Part shown: piece after piece, positions 63,765 through 64,000 of the stretch
How the letters are laid out: every line of letters starts with the position of its first letter
Position numbering within the stretch: the first letter of the stretch is position 1
Assembly: GCA_002269645.1 (NCBI GenBank)
Contig: NIVC01002194.1
Span: 23,349-87,348, forward strand
DNA length: 64,000 nucleotides
Source: Macrostomum lignano
Lineage: Eukaryota
Direction: 5' to 3'
The notes under the pieces: generated by a model
Told to the model about the DNA's origin: nothing
The model's input: the letters and a program-made list of their open reading frames with translations, nothing else
Databases searched by the model: none
Program-made: the position numbers and the translations under genes

Positions 63765-64000
63765 GCTAAATGAGCACTTAAGTCACACCTCCAGCACGAC
63801 TAAATGAGCACTTAAGTCACACCTCCAGCACGACTAAACGAAGACTTAAGTCACACCTCCAGCACGACTAAATGAGGAATTAAGTCACACCTCCAGCACG
63901 ACTAAATGAGGAATTAAGTCACACCTCCAGCACGACTAAATGAGGAATTAAGTCACACCTCCAGCACGACTAAATGAGGAATTAAGTCACACCTCCAGCA
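63765..64000. repeat. 34-bp minisatellite GACTAAATGAGGAATTAAGTCACACCTCCAGCAC, cut by the window edge
   Basis: Read directly. Confidence 0.95.

Overview
Repeat-rich animal genomic DNA with spliceosomal introns and a 621-N gap at 29237-29857. The TTAGGG repeats, GC-rich exons and satellite-filled introns would fit a free-living flatworm such as Macrostomum, but that is inference only. Genes I could splice by hand: first coding exon of a RhoA/Rho1 GTPase (-); a short secreted neuropeptide-like precursor (+); an intronless 4-TM orphan (+); a two-exon class A GPCR (-); the 3' end of a membrane-anchored protein (+); a ~1002-aa secreted protein made mostly of Lys-rich and KSG[H/Y] repeats (+); a complete 14-exon SLC37A sugar-phosphate exchanger (-); and the last five exons of a neutral ceramidase (-). 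Mobile DNA: an internally deleted hAT with TIR and 8-bp TSD, a full-length DD34D mariner, a piggyBac remnant, two CORE-type SINEs, several MITE/foldback elements with TSDs, and nested insertions. About 20 unrelated tandem arrays (4-59 bp units) account for most long ORFs in the ORF track, and these are not genes. Best leads: the secreted polycation (adhesive/cement/antimicrobial candidate) and the PTH-like neuropeptide candidate. RhoA, the GPCR and the mariner each carry a 1-bp deletion in a G/C homopolymer, which suggests assembly error rather than pseudogenes.
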